Shown: positions 6,930 through 16,000, numbered from the stretch's first letter. The stretch is DNA of 39,038 nt from an uncultured Methanosarcinales archaeon (GCA_964603345.1 CAZRUJ010000001.1:1-39038); one strand, 5' to 3'. Made by a program: numbers and translations. The notes: generated by a model from the letters alone, not told the origin.

Positions 6930-8620
6930 ATGTGATTGTTGGTATGATATTAAGACCTATATTGACACGGAAAGCGACCATGAGCCTGGTGATGTTAATC
7001 AGCATTCTCATGTCGCTTCTTGTCGCATGGGGAGTGTATTCAGGAATCAGAAATATGTACGGGGGATCAGAGGATGATCGAAGTTATGTCATTGATAATA
7101 TCAATAAGCAATTAGAGAAAATAACGACTGAAGGAGAATCATCATCTGAATATACGACATACATTAATCCAGATGAATTTATCATGTTCTTCTCATACAG
7201 CGAGACAAACGAACCCATACGATATGTGTTCGAGTCAGATACCATTCCGGGAGAAACATATTATAGGACATTCGAACGTCCCGATTATGCACCTGAATGT
7301 GAAAAGAGCGCATGCATCTGCAGATGCGATCAAGGACCGTATTGGAAATATGCAAAAGATGGTAATGGGGTGGAAACGGTAAGTTTTGAAGGGTATTCCA
7401 TCCCTGTTATAAAAGATCCAATCAACTCTTTGGCATTCAAAGATAATAAAGAAGCCGAAGGATATATATGTTCTTTAATGGAATGTGTTGCTGTCAAACC
7501 AGAAGAAACAGTCTTTTACAATTCAAGAGGTTATGAAGGTGGTCAAAAATTCATAAAAAAGGATTCTTCAAGCTCTCTTGATATCTATAAAAAAATTTTT
7601 TCAGATGGTGAAGTTGTTCACGATCCAACTAACTTAACATATATTCCGTTTGTAACAATGTATATTCCTTCTCTTGTTGAAGATGCAAAAAAAGAGATAG
7701 AAGAAGTTCGCCCTCAGCTGGGGAGATTTTATAAATTTATATCTGTTTTTAATAATAACTATACATGGCAAGGAGGAGTTGTGTTCGGAGGGCATACTCC
7801 TTTTGTAGGTCCTAAGAAAAACGGATTCAACCAGCCAGCGCCGGTCAGGGTTTCGATGAACTTCCAAACACCTCTTGACGAAGATCATTTCACTCATTAC
7901 ACGCCAGTTGCCGTATGTCATCAAAAGGATCAAAAATCAGAACTTTGTACTTCAAAAGATGCTGAAAAAGACATAAAACAACAAGAAAGGAAGGTTATAC
8001 TTGAAAACGATTTGAGGTTCTATACAGAGTCCTACAAAAATTATCTCGAAGATGATTTCCGTAAATGTATTGCTGAAGCGACGGTAAGAAATGATTATGA
8101 AACCTGTTATGGTGAATTAGGAGCAAGAACTTCAAAATTCTATGAGCTTGATACCATCCTTAAAATTGGAGCGATTAATCAGTTCCAAGAACAATTATTT
8201 AATCATTTGAAATATATCGTTTTAATAGAACAACAAGAAGATGTAGCAAATATTAGTTTAATTATATCTCATATAGAAAATTTAGATGATTATATGAGTA
8301 TTGATGGAATGTCAACGTTTGAAAGAAAAACAGGATTGGATGATGTTGATAAAAATCTTTGTGATGGTTCGCTAGCTGTAAGCGGAGAGTGCTCGCAATT
8401 GTTTGAAGTGACAGTACCTGGTAAGATTCTGTCGACAAAAAAAGATAATGTGGTTGCGATCACCGGTCGGGAAACAACATCAAGGTACGAATACCATTTC
8501 GAGCTTGCAAACGGAGATGAAGATGACAAGTATGAAATCACAACGATAAAAATAGGATCAGGAACGGATTCCAACTTCGTGATGAACTTCACGAAAAAAT
8601 CAACGCCAAACGATGAATAG
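6926..8620 (+). CDS. Class III signal peptide-like large exported protein
   Basis: There is an ATGA overlap with the upstream stop. The N-terminus is ...RPILTRKA|TMSLVMLISILMSLLVAWGVYSG. A Cys cluster APECEKSACICRCDQGPYW is present. No domain recognised. Confidence 0.6.
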   Translation: MNVIVGMILRPILTRKATMSLVMLISILMSLLVAWGVYSGIRNMYGGSEDDRSYVIDNINKQLEKITTEGESSSEYTTYINPDEFIMFFSYSETNEPIRYVFESDTIPGETYYRTFERPDYAPECEKSACICRCDQGPYWKYAKDGNGVETVSFEGYSIPVIKDPINSLAFKDNKEAEGYICSLMECVAVKPEETVFYNSRGYEGGQKFIKKDSSSSLDIYKKIFSDGEVVHDPTNLTYIPFVTMYIPSLVEDAKKEIEEVRPQLGRFYKFISVFNNNYTWQGGVVFGGHTPFVGPKKNGFNQPAPVRVSMNFQTPLDEDHFTHYTPVAVCHQKDQKSELCTSKDAEKDIKQQERKVILENDLRFYTESYKNYLEDDFRKCIAEATVRNDYETCYGELGARTSKFYELDTILKIGAINQFQEQLFNHLKYIVLIEQQEDVANISLIISHIENLDDYMSIDGMSTFERKTGLDDVDKNLCDGSLAVSGECSQLFEVTVPGKILSTKKDNVVAITGRETTSRYEYHFELANGDEDDKYEITTIKIGSGTDSNFVMNFTKKSTPNDE

Positions 8621-8632
8621 ATGACGTCTTAT

Positions 8633-8656
8633 GACGATGTGATCTGACACATCGTT
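8633..8656 (+). other. Perfect 8-bp inverted repeat (hairpin) in the 67-nt gap between two cluster genes
   Basis: ACGATGTG-atctga-CACATCGT lies 13 nt after the stop at 8620 and about 30 nt before the SD and ATG of 8688. It is not followed by an oligo-T run. Confidence 0.3.
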
Positions 8657-8687
8657 TCACATTCATTTAACAAAAAGAGGTCTGCGG

Positions 8688-9599
8688 ATGAGAACATCAA
8701 AGCCAAACAAGAAAGGAATGCTTTCGCTTATGATGCTCGTTGATATTCTCGTCGCTGCAATGGTCGTTCTCATCTTCATAGGAATACATCAAGTTATGAC
8801 AGATAAGGATCAGATCGAGAACATGGTGATGGCAAGGGATGTGGCAACACTTATAGACACCATGCAAACAACAGATAAGGATGTGACTTATCTTTATCCT
8901 GAAAGTTTTTATGAAAAAGATTTCTTTATCAACAAGTCGCAGCTTCTTGTCACCAACAACTTTATAGGTGAAGCTTCAGAACAAGCATCCATGTTAAGGT
9001 ATTTGACACAATATCCTATTCATAGGTCTAAATATTTTCATTTGGACGATAACGAACATCTGGAAGGAGCGAGATTATATTTGCTCAAAAAAAATAATAT
9101 TATAACAATAAATCCTGAAAACGAACAATTGTCTGAAGAAAAGCATGAAGAGATATCGTCTTGGACACGTGAAGAACTCATTCTTACAGTAGCTGCAGGC
9201 GACCAAAAAAACTCATTCATTTCAGATATGGTTGGAAAACTACGCTCACAACTCGAGATAGAAGAATTCAGGATAAAAGATCCTTGCCAATACGTTGATA
9301 TGATAATCATGATAAATGAATCAACAAAGGTTGATAGAGTCACGATCTATTATGAGAGAACCAATAAAGACAAAACAGAAATTATTTCTGAAAAAATAAG
9401 ATATTATCTTGCAAAAAGTAAGAATGTACCTGTTGCCAAAGAAGTCATGGAATACGAACACCCTGAAAACGATGCATCGATAAGAATACTCATACCGCAA
9501 AAGGAAGATGTGAGAACGACACTGAAAAGTTCCGATGAATTCGATATGTTCATAGAGAGGATCGTGTATGCCATGAAAGAATATTATCCTGAAAAATGA
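8688..9599 (+). CDS. Class III signal peptide (pilin-like) protein
   Basis: AGAGGT lies 7 nt upstream of the ATG. The N-terminus is MRTSKPNKKG|MLSLMMLVDILVAAMVVLIFIGI. Confidence 0.6.
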   Translation: MRTSKPNKKGMLSLMMLVDILVAAMVVLIFIGIHQVMTDKDQIENMVMARDVATLIDTMQTTDKDVTYLYPESFYEKDFFINKSQLLVTNNFIGEASEQASMLRYLTQYPIHRSKYFHLDDNEHLEGARLYLLKKNNIITINPENEQLSEEKHEEISSWTREELILTVAAGDQKNSFISDMVGKLRSQLEIEEFRIKDPCQYVDMIIMINESTKVDRVTIYYERTNKDKTEIISEKIRYYLAKSKNVPVAKEVMEYEHPENDASIRILIPQKEDVRTTLKSSDEFDMFIERIVYAMKEYYPEK

Positions 9600-10075
9600 A
9601 AACGCTATTTGACAATAAGAAAGGATCGGAAGGAGATATGTATGTAGCAGCGGAGAAACCCTTCAAGCATATCGTATTCATAATCATAGTCTCTGCTGTC
9701 ATCATCTTATTTCTCTCATATGCAACGAGTTTCATGAGTTCGAAAGTACATGTGCCTGAAACGCTGAAAGGAGAGCTTTTAATGCAACGGATGCAGAATA
9801 TCTGCCTTGCCACAACTGATCCTGTAACAGGAACACCAATTGAGAATGTCATTGATTACTCTAAATTCAACAGTGAAACACTTAACAATTGCTTCAGCGG
9901 AGAAAACACACCGGGACTCTCGGTAGAATTAAACCCTCTTGATAGAATTAATGGGCAATTTGATCGAAAAGTAATAAAAATAGGTCACGGCGGTCAAGAG
10001 CTTGAATATTTACGATATACGATAGTTGATATCGATGGAATAAGATATCCTGCAGAAATGGTGGTGAGAGCATGA
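9596..10075 (+). CDS. Atypical class III signal peptide-like protein
   Basis: There is an ATGA overlap with the upstream stop. The N-terminus is MKTLFDNKKG|SEGDMYVAAEKPFKHIVFIIIVSAVIILFLSYA. The basic-G motif is present, but the hydrophobic helix lies about 18 residues further on. Confidence 0.5.
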   Translation: MKTLFDNKKGSEGDMYVAAEKPFKHIVFIIIVSAVIILFLSYATSFMSSKVHVPETLKGELLMQRMQNICLATTDPVTGTPIENVIDYSKFNSETLNNCFSGENTPGLSVELNPLDRINGQFDRKVIKIGHGGQELEYLRYTIVDIDGIRYPAEMVVRA

Positions 10076-10725
10076 ACAAAAAAGGACAGCACGTGCTTGA
10101 TCTAACAACGCTCATTGCAGGAGTGATTTTTATCGCACTTGCCATTACATTATTCTCATTATTTGCCGATGCACTCGAGGGTAATCAGCAGGAAAAAGTA
10201 ATGGTATCGCAAGCGCAGCTCCAATCAGAGCAATTTGTCAGGACATTTTCCATGACGCCAGTCATGTATGGAGATAAAGAAATTTCTGTTGGGGAGCTTG
10301 CACAAAAGTATTATGACCTCTACATACAAGATGAGATTGGAAATTGCAATGATTGCCAGAAAAAGATGGAAGCCATAAAAATAGTTATAGAAGAAAAAGC
10401 GAACCAAGTGAAACCATTATTTCAAGGATCCTCAGAAGAGCTTAGCATGACGCTCATGAAAGAAAAATCACAAGAAGGCACCAAGGGCACAGTATCTTTT
10501 GAAATAGCCGATGATATAGCGAATAAATGCGAATTGAAGAATGGTGTTTCAAAATTATGTTATACTTATTTGAACAGACCGGCAGCAATATATCTCCCTG
10601 TAATAACATCACAACCGACAAGCAGGTATGACAATTATGTGATTGCTATTGGATTTATCACTAAATGGCTTGATAGTAAGGAACCATACAAGTATGACTC
10701 TGAAGATGCAAAAACTCTAGACTGA
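10072..10725 (+). CDS. Class III signal peptide (pilin-like) protein
   Basis: There is an ATGA overlap with the upstream stop. The N-terminus is MNKKG|QHVLDLTTLIAGVIFIALAITLFSLF. Confidence 0.6.
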   Translation: MNKKGQHVLDLTTLIAGVIFIALAITLFSLFADALEGNQQEKVMVSQAQLQSEQFVRTFSMTPVMYGDKEISVGELAQKYYDLYIQDEIGNCNDCQKKMEAIKIVIEEKANQVKPLFQGSSEELSMTLMKEKSQEGTKGTVSFEIADDIANKCELKNGVSKLCYTYLNRPAAIYLPVITSQPTSRYDNYVIAIGFITKWLDSKEPYKYDSEDAKTLD

Positions 10726-10746
10726 AAACAATAGGGTTGGAATAGG

Positions 10747-13700
10747 ATGAAACAAGTATTTGATTCGAAAAAGGGAGCATCGCTTCTTATCGTGGGATTA
10801 TTTGTCCTGCTTGCCACCCTAGGAATAATAATCGCAGTCAATACGGTCGAGGATGTCCCTGTTATCGGTGAAAAACAATATGCTGTCATGATCGCCAACG
10901 AGAAAGCATCCGCAGTCGATCTCTTTATCGATAACATCCTCTTGAGAGCCGTGAATAAGATGAATGAAGAGTTCTATGAGAATGATGGGGTGTTTAAAGA
11001 AGAGACAGAACAAGGGTCCGTATCATCTTATAAGTGTGGGGAATATATGTTTCCAAGATATTATGTTGCTGGCAGCAATCAGAATTGCATACCTGACTAT
11101 AAAGAAGAATTCAAAAGTTTTGTGTCATCATCCTCATTCAATCAACTGAAGGATTATCCTGATTATTCAATCAATATAAATCCCAGCATCAACTACGTAA
11201 CGCAATCAGATGTGTTCGATTGTGATGGGGACGAAACTATCGCGGAAACACATCGTAGACAAGCACAACAACCCGCTTGGAAGAATGAAGAAAAAACATA
11301 TATTGAAATAGCGTCTGAGGTGGCCTCGGAAACAGGTGTTGATATGCCATTACTGCTGGCTCATGCGACGATTGAAAGCTCTATGGGAAAAGAAAATTCA
11401 TGCACTGATAGCGGAAAGAGTTCCTTGACAGGTTGCGGATGGCCGTCAAGCTGCGCGAGCGGTTGCAAGTGCGAAGATACTAGAGGATATTTCGTGAGCG
11501 ATAAGGCACAATTCGAATGCACGGCACGAGTTGATATAAATGCATTTTTGGCAAAAGGAACATACCAGCGATGCGAAGATCATCTTGATGATAAGAGGAA
11601 ACTGTTCGATTGTGTAATGTGCACCTATCAAGGGAGCTATTATACGGCTCACGGTGAAGGCAATACGAAATCATTTTCCGAAGATGGCACGTGTGAATAT
11701 GCAGAGTTGATGCAAGATCTCTATTGCGGTTGGAAAAACGAACTGGAAGATGATGACCTTGCTAAAACAAGCAATAACGGATTATTCATGACACTCGAAG
11801 CTCAAGAGCCCATAATAATACCTATTGGGGATGTCGATACTACTGATTTTGAAGTCTCACCAGAAAACTATCCCAACGGAATATTGGGAACATATGGCAA
11901 TGAGATCATCATACCTTGCTCGTCATCGAGCTGTCTTGCAGATATCGCAGAATACTATCACAGTATTTATCCGTCTTATAATTATGTTTGGGGTGGAGAA
12001 TCACCATATACTTATAAGGATACTCTCGATTTGACTACTCAGAAGGATTCTATTTTTCACAATATGGAGTCCCAGATCTCAAAGACAGAACCCGGTAAGA
12101 ATGAGTTCACACGACCTGGTTTCGATTGTTCTGGGTGGGTATGGTGGGTCGGGCGCCATGCCAATTCGACTTTATTCAACGCTCGACAAGGGGCGAACGC
12201 ATATTATAATATGTTTTTTGATTCGGATTCGACAAAAGAGGTTTGCGCAAAAAATACTGATACACCGTGCACCATAGAAAACATCGTCAACGAAGCGAAA
12301 CCTGGTGATCTACTATTTTACAAGTCGCCAGATGACCTTGTTGTTTCCCATATTATGATATATGTAGGTGATGGTAAGATAAGTCATGCCAGAGGATCGA
12401 AAGGGCTTGTTAAAGAACCACTACCAGCATCATATGAAGGAAATATCATAGCAGTTTATCATCTCACAGAAAAAGCATTTACGGGCGAATACAATTCGTT
12501 AAAAGATTATATCAACCAAGAAAAAGATTCGGATAAATCAGATCAATCCGAGGATGAAAACATACCCGCCACTTCTTGTTCGTTAACCATTGATTTCTCA
12601 CAGATAAATAAGGACGCAATCAAGAATGAAAGGCTTGGTTATAAGAAAATACAACAAGTTATCGATAAACACAACCTAGATGAAACCATCCGTGAAGCGG
12701 GAGAAAAGTATAATGTTCCATCAGCATATATCAAAGCCATCATCACCGCAGAAGTCGGAGGGCTATCGTTTCTTGATAAATATCTATCCGGTGAGGAAAA
12801 GGTAAGCGAAAGCGGGATGAGAGGACCCATGCAATTATCGAGATCTGCCTGTGATACGCTTAAACAAAACGATATAATTTGTAATTATGATGATATTAAG
12901 AAAGGAGATGTCAAACACGCTATCATGGCTTCAACAGCGAATATAGCATTATTACGGGATAGAACGAAATATATCGATAAAGATAATCCTGATTATTATT
13001 TTCTTTCACTAGCATACAATGCAGGCCAAGGAAGCCTCGCTAATGTGCTTGAAGAAGCGAGCGAACGAACGGGGATTGAAGAACAAGAGCTTTTGTGGAG
13101 AGATATATCCTTTGAAGATGTCAAACAAGGAATCAAACGAGTCGGCACAGGTTGGGCTCAAAAAGAAAGCAAATGGAATGAGGTATATGAATATCCCAAC
13201 CTTGTAGCAACATCACTATCGCAACAATGTACCGGAACACTCTACAAGAAAGGTATGGTGGGAGGTGAGGATTCCAACACAATATCAATTCAACCAAAAT
13301 CAAGGATACCTATTGATATGCCCTTTGAACGATTATCATATATCAAGCACTTCATAAATGATATCGATGATTGTGATGACGAGCTCAAAGATTGTGTCAG
13401 TGACCAACTTAACAAATTCAACTACGGCAGAGAGGGCGCTAGCTTAAGTGAACTGTTTGGATTAACTATATACTCTTCAGAATTCACTGAAAAAAAATAT
13501 GCGGGCGTTTATACGTCAAAGATGTTCGCCTACGAATTTATCGAGGAACTCATGGACTGCTCGACAAATAAGCAAACAGAGTGCGTCTGCGCAATCGACA
13601 TCAACATGTCAAAATTGAAACAAAACACGGTTGATATAGTGTTAGAATGGAATTCTCCGATAGCATCACAGGCTGATCTTATCGTCAATGGAAATTATGA

Positions 13701-15378
13701 AAAGACAATCTCGCTACCACCTCTCTCGGTCAAGACAAAAAGAGAATATATTAATGCCGAAGACAAGTTACATTTAACCTTACATAAGGATCTGGACAGG
13801 GTCGATATAGATGCAGGAATGCAGTCTTGGACATTCGACATCCACAACATCTCGCTCATGAAACACTTCTCCTATGAGGATTATTATCAAAATGAACAAT
13901 TATATGATATTCCTTTATTTCAACGATCGATGGGAGATCTCACCACCAGCATATCACAAAATGATATGGCTTTCCATGATGATTTTATCACCTATTATTT
14001 CAACCCAGAAAACTTCAGACCTGAATATCCTGATATATCGTCGATTCCACAAGAAAGCAAAAAATGCAAAACAGACCTTGTCGATTATGCAAAAAAATAC
14101 TTGGGCACAGGGTATGGGAGTGACGGTATATGTAGCGCTGAAGACGCTCAAGCAGGAAAATGCACCACACAATGTGGCTCATACATTACAAACATATTCA
14201 GAGAAGTATTCAGTGATCCTGTTTATGGAAACGGAAATCAGAAATGTGATATTCACAGCGATGTCAAAAATAATCAGTTCCTCAATCCGGAATTGCTCAA
14301 GCCAGGAGATTTATTCTCTTCAGATGGTCTTTCTGAAGCAGCGAAAAAATATGGTCATACAGGAATGTATGTTGGAAAAGGAATCGTTTCTGATACGGTG
14401 AGAACGACAAGTTCAGGAAAACCTTATTGTCACAGATCATTCACTCAGGATGAGCATGGAGAGCATGTCTTTATCCATTCGGTGGGTCCTGTATGCTATA
14501 GCACTTTTGACGAACTCATATCTCCAGATGGGCAAGCAAGAAACATGATATCATTTTGCAGATATGAGAAATGCAAAGGAGAGCAAACTGAGATCTCAAG
14601 TGTGAAAGCGAGAAGTGGAATGACTCTGATGGAATATGACGAGACGAGAATGGAACCATTCACCTGCAGGGAATCAAAAGATTCATTCGTATTCTTTGCC
14701 TCGCCTAAAGATGTAAATCAAAATATAGGATTCTCGGTCAAACTCAAAGATACGACACCGCCTGACAATGTAGAATCAGTTTCAGCTTCGCAATCGATGT
14801 GCGGAGGAGTGCCGACCGCGATATTCACATGGAAAGACAATCAGGATGATATCTATGCATATAATATAACTGTCAAGAAAATAAATTCGAAAGATTCAAC
14901 AACATTTATCGTACCAATCTCACATACAGTAAAACATCCAAATTCAGATTCAACATCTTTTTTAGGAAATCTCAACATTCTCAATAAACCCTATGTGACT
15001 GAAAAACAACACGGTAGTGAAACAGAAAGAAAATACACTTTCCATGCGGGATCAACGGGTGAGAAAAAGCTATTCAACACGTCAGGAACATATGAGTATG
15101 AGATAAAACCTCTCGATCACCATCTCAATTCACCACCTCGTGGGCGGAAGGATGCGTTTGAAATATTCATTTCAGAAAAAGGACTGGAGAAGATAAGTTC
15201 GTCGATTGTAGGATCAGATATGGTAGGTGATATTTCACAAAAGGCTCTTAAAATATTGCTTGAAAAAACGTGCACGAATTATTATTCTATATTGCAACGT
15301 GATCATGATGCGATATTCTACGATCTTGGAGAATCAAGCATGCTCGATAAAGAGGTGGATCATGCCGTCGAGGAATGA
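10747..15378 (+). CDS. Giant (1543 aa) class III signal peptide protein with two SLT-like lytic transglycosylase and two NlpC/P60-like cysteine peptidase domains plus a C-terminal beta-rich (FN3/Ig-like) region
   Basis: The N-terminus is MKQVFDSKKG|ASLLIVGLFVLLATLGIIIAVN. SLT-1 is GVDMPLLLAHATIESS (Glu codon 11374-11376). NlpC/P60-1 is YNYVWGGESPY...GFDCSGWVWW (Cys codon 12127-12129)...GDLLFYKS...VSHIMIYVGDGKISHA. SLT-2 is YNVPSAYIKAIITAEVGG (Glu 12751-12753)...GPMQLS...LAYNAGQGS. NlpC/P60-2 is AKKYLGTGYG...QCGSYITNIF (Cys 14173-14175)...PGDLFSS...YGHTGMYVGKG...FIHSVG. Confidence 0.8.
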   Translation: MKQVFDSKKGASLLIVGLFVLLATLGIIIAVNTVEDVPVIGEKQYAVMIANEKASAVDLFIDNILLRAVNKMNEEFYENDGVFKEETEQGSVSSYKCGEYMFPRYYVAGSNQNCIPDYKEEFKSFVSSSSFNQLKDYPDYSININPSINYVTQSDVFDCDGDETIAETHRRQAQQPAWKNEEKTYIEIASEVASETGVDMPLLLAHATIESSMGKENSCTDSGKSSLTGCGWPSSCASGCKCEDTRGYFVSDKAQFECTARVDINAFLAKGTYQRCEDHLDDKRKLFDCVMCTYQGSYYTAHGEGNTKSFSEDGTCEYAELMQDLYCGWKNELEDDDLAKTSNNGLFMTLEAQEPIIIPIGDVDTTDFEVSPENYPNGILGTYGNEIIIPCSSSSCLADIAEYYHSIYPSYNYVWGGESPYTYKDTLDLTTQKDSIFHNMESQISKTEPGKNEFTRPGFDCSGWVWWVGRHANSTLFNARQGANAYYNMFFDSDSTKEVCAKNTDTPCTIENIVNEAKPGDLLFYKSPDDLVVSHIMIYVGDGKISHARGSKGLVKEPLPASYEGNIIAVYHLTEKAFTGEYNSLKDYINQEKDSDKSDQSEDENIPATSCSLTIDFSQINKDAIKNERLGYKKIQQVIDKHNLDETIREAGEKYNVPSAYIKAIITAEVGGLSFLDKYLSGEEKVSESGMRGPMQLSRSACDTLKQNDIICNYDDIKKGDVKHAIMASTANIALLRDRTKYIDKDNPDYYFLSLAYNAGQGSLANVLEEASERTGIEEQELLWRDISFEDVKQGIKRVGTGWAQKESKWNEVYEYPNLVATSLSQQCTGTLYKKGMVGGEDSNTISIQPKSRIPIDMPFERLSYIKHFINDIDDCDDELKDCVSDQLNKFNYGREGASLSELFGLTIYSSEFTEKKYAGVYTSKMFAYEFIEELMDCSTNKQTECVCAIDINMSKLKQNTVDIVLEWNSPIASQADLIVNGNYEKTISLPPLSVKTKREYINAEDKLHLTLHKDLDRVDIDAGMQSWTFDIHNISLMKHFSYEDYYQNEQLYDIPLFQRSMGDLTTSISQNDMAFHDDFITYYFNPENFRPEYPDISSIPQESKKCKTDLVDYAKKYLGTGYGSDGICSAEDAQAGKCTTQCGSYITNIFREVFSDPVYGNGNQKCDIHSDVKNNQFLNPELLKPGDLFSSDGLSEAAKKYGHTGMYVGKGIVSDTVRTTSSGKPYCHRSFTQDEHGEHVFIHSVGPVCYSTFDELISPDGQARNMISFCRYEKCKGEQTEISSVKARSGMTLMEYDETRMEPFTCRESKDSFVFFASPKDVNQNIGFSVKLKDTTPPDNVESVSASQSMCGGVPTAIFTWKDNQDDIYAYNITVKKINSKDSTTFIVPISHTVKHPNSDSTSFLGNLNILNKPYVTEKQHGSETERKYTFHAGSTGEKKLFNTSGTYEYEIKPLDHHLNSPPRGRKDAFEIFISEKGLEKISSSIVGSDMVGDISQKALKILLEKTCTNYYSILQRDHDAIFYDLGESSMLDKEVDHAVEE

Positions 15379-15391
15379 GACTGATGGAGGT

Positions 15392-15949
15392 ATGATTTTC
15401 TCCATGAACAAGGTGTATGCTCTGGCAATATTCATAACAGTGTTGTTTCTTATTCCTGTGCCTGCTCAAGCAATAGACTGTGTGGAAGGGATCGACGGTT
15501 ATTGTAATATGGAATGTGTTGAGGTGGATTTTGATTGCGCATCAAATCCGAATCACGAAGGTAATGTTAATATTGGATATGCTAATTCAACAGAAGAAGA
15601 TGTGAATATCAAGGTTGACGAATCCGAATCACAAGAGAATAGAAGCGATGTACTACGTCAGGAAACGGCTGACCCTTTCAAGAAGCCCACATCTGAAGGT
15701 TTCGATATAGTCCTCATAGCAGGATTCGCTGGAGGATTGTTGATGATGATAGCATTCCTTCTTGTTCTTAGAAGGTATGAGATACGAAAGGGCCATACGA
15801 GAAAAGAATCAACATCAATCAAAGAATACATACAGCGGGTGCGAAGCCAAGGGTTTGGTGATACCAAGATACAGCAAGCGCTCCTTGAGAGGGGATATTC
15901 CGAGAAAATCGTCAGAGAAGCGTTTCAAGCACTGGACGGACAGGAATAA
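15392..15949 (+). CDS. Sec-type signal peptide, single-pass membrane protein with a Cys-rich ectodomain and a small cytoplasmic helical C-terminal domain
   Basis: The ORF opens at 15227 inside the previous gene. Plausible starts are ATG 15362, 15392 (just after GGAGG) and 15404. The sequence MNKVYALAIFITVLFLIPVPAQA|IDCVEGIDGYCNMECVEVDFDC is followed by a TM helix IVLIAGFAGGLLMMIAFLLVL. The tail is IKEYIQRVRSQGFGDTKIQQALLERGYSEKIVREAFQAL. Confidence 0.6.
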   Translation: MIFSMNKVYALAIFITVLFLIPVPAQAIDCVEGIDGYCNMECVEVDFDCASNPNHEGNVNIGYANSTEEDVNIKVDESESQENRSDVLRQETADPFKKPTSEGFDIVLIAGFAGGLLMMIAFLLVLRRYEIRKGHTRKESTSIKEYIQRVRSQGFGDTKIQQALLERGYSEKIVREAFQALDGQE

Positions 15950-16000
15950 GATTTAAAAAGAATCAATTCTCAAATTCAAAATGCGATTAATGTGTTGAAA

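Noticed and set aside
15227-15391. Long 5' extension of the last cluster gene, overlapping 150 nt of the giant hydrolase gene
   Set aside because: The extension (MIFHKRLLKYCLKKRARIIILYC...) is out of frame with a clearly coding region. The signal peptide begins only at MNKVYALAIF, and ATGs at 15362, 15392 and 15404 near a GGAGG are more plausible starts.
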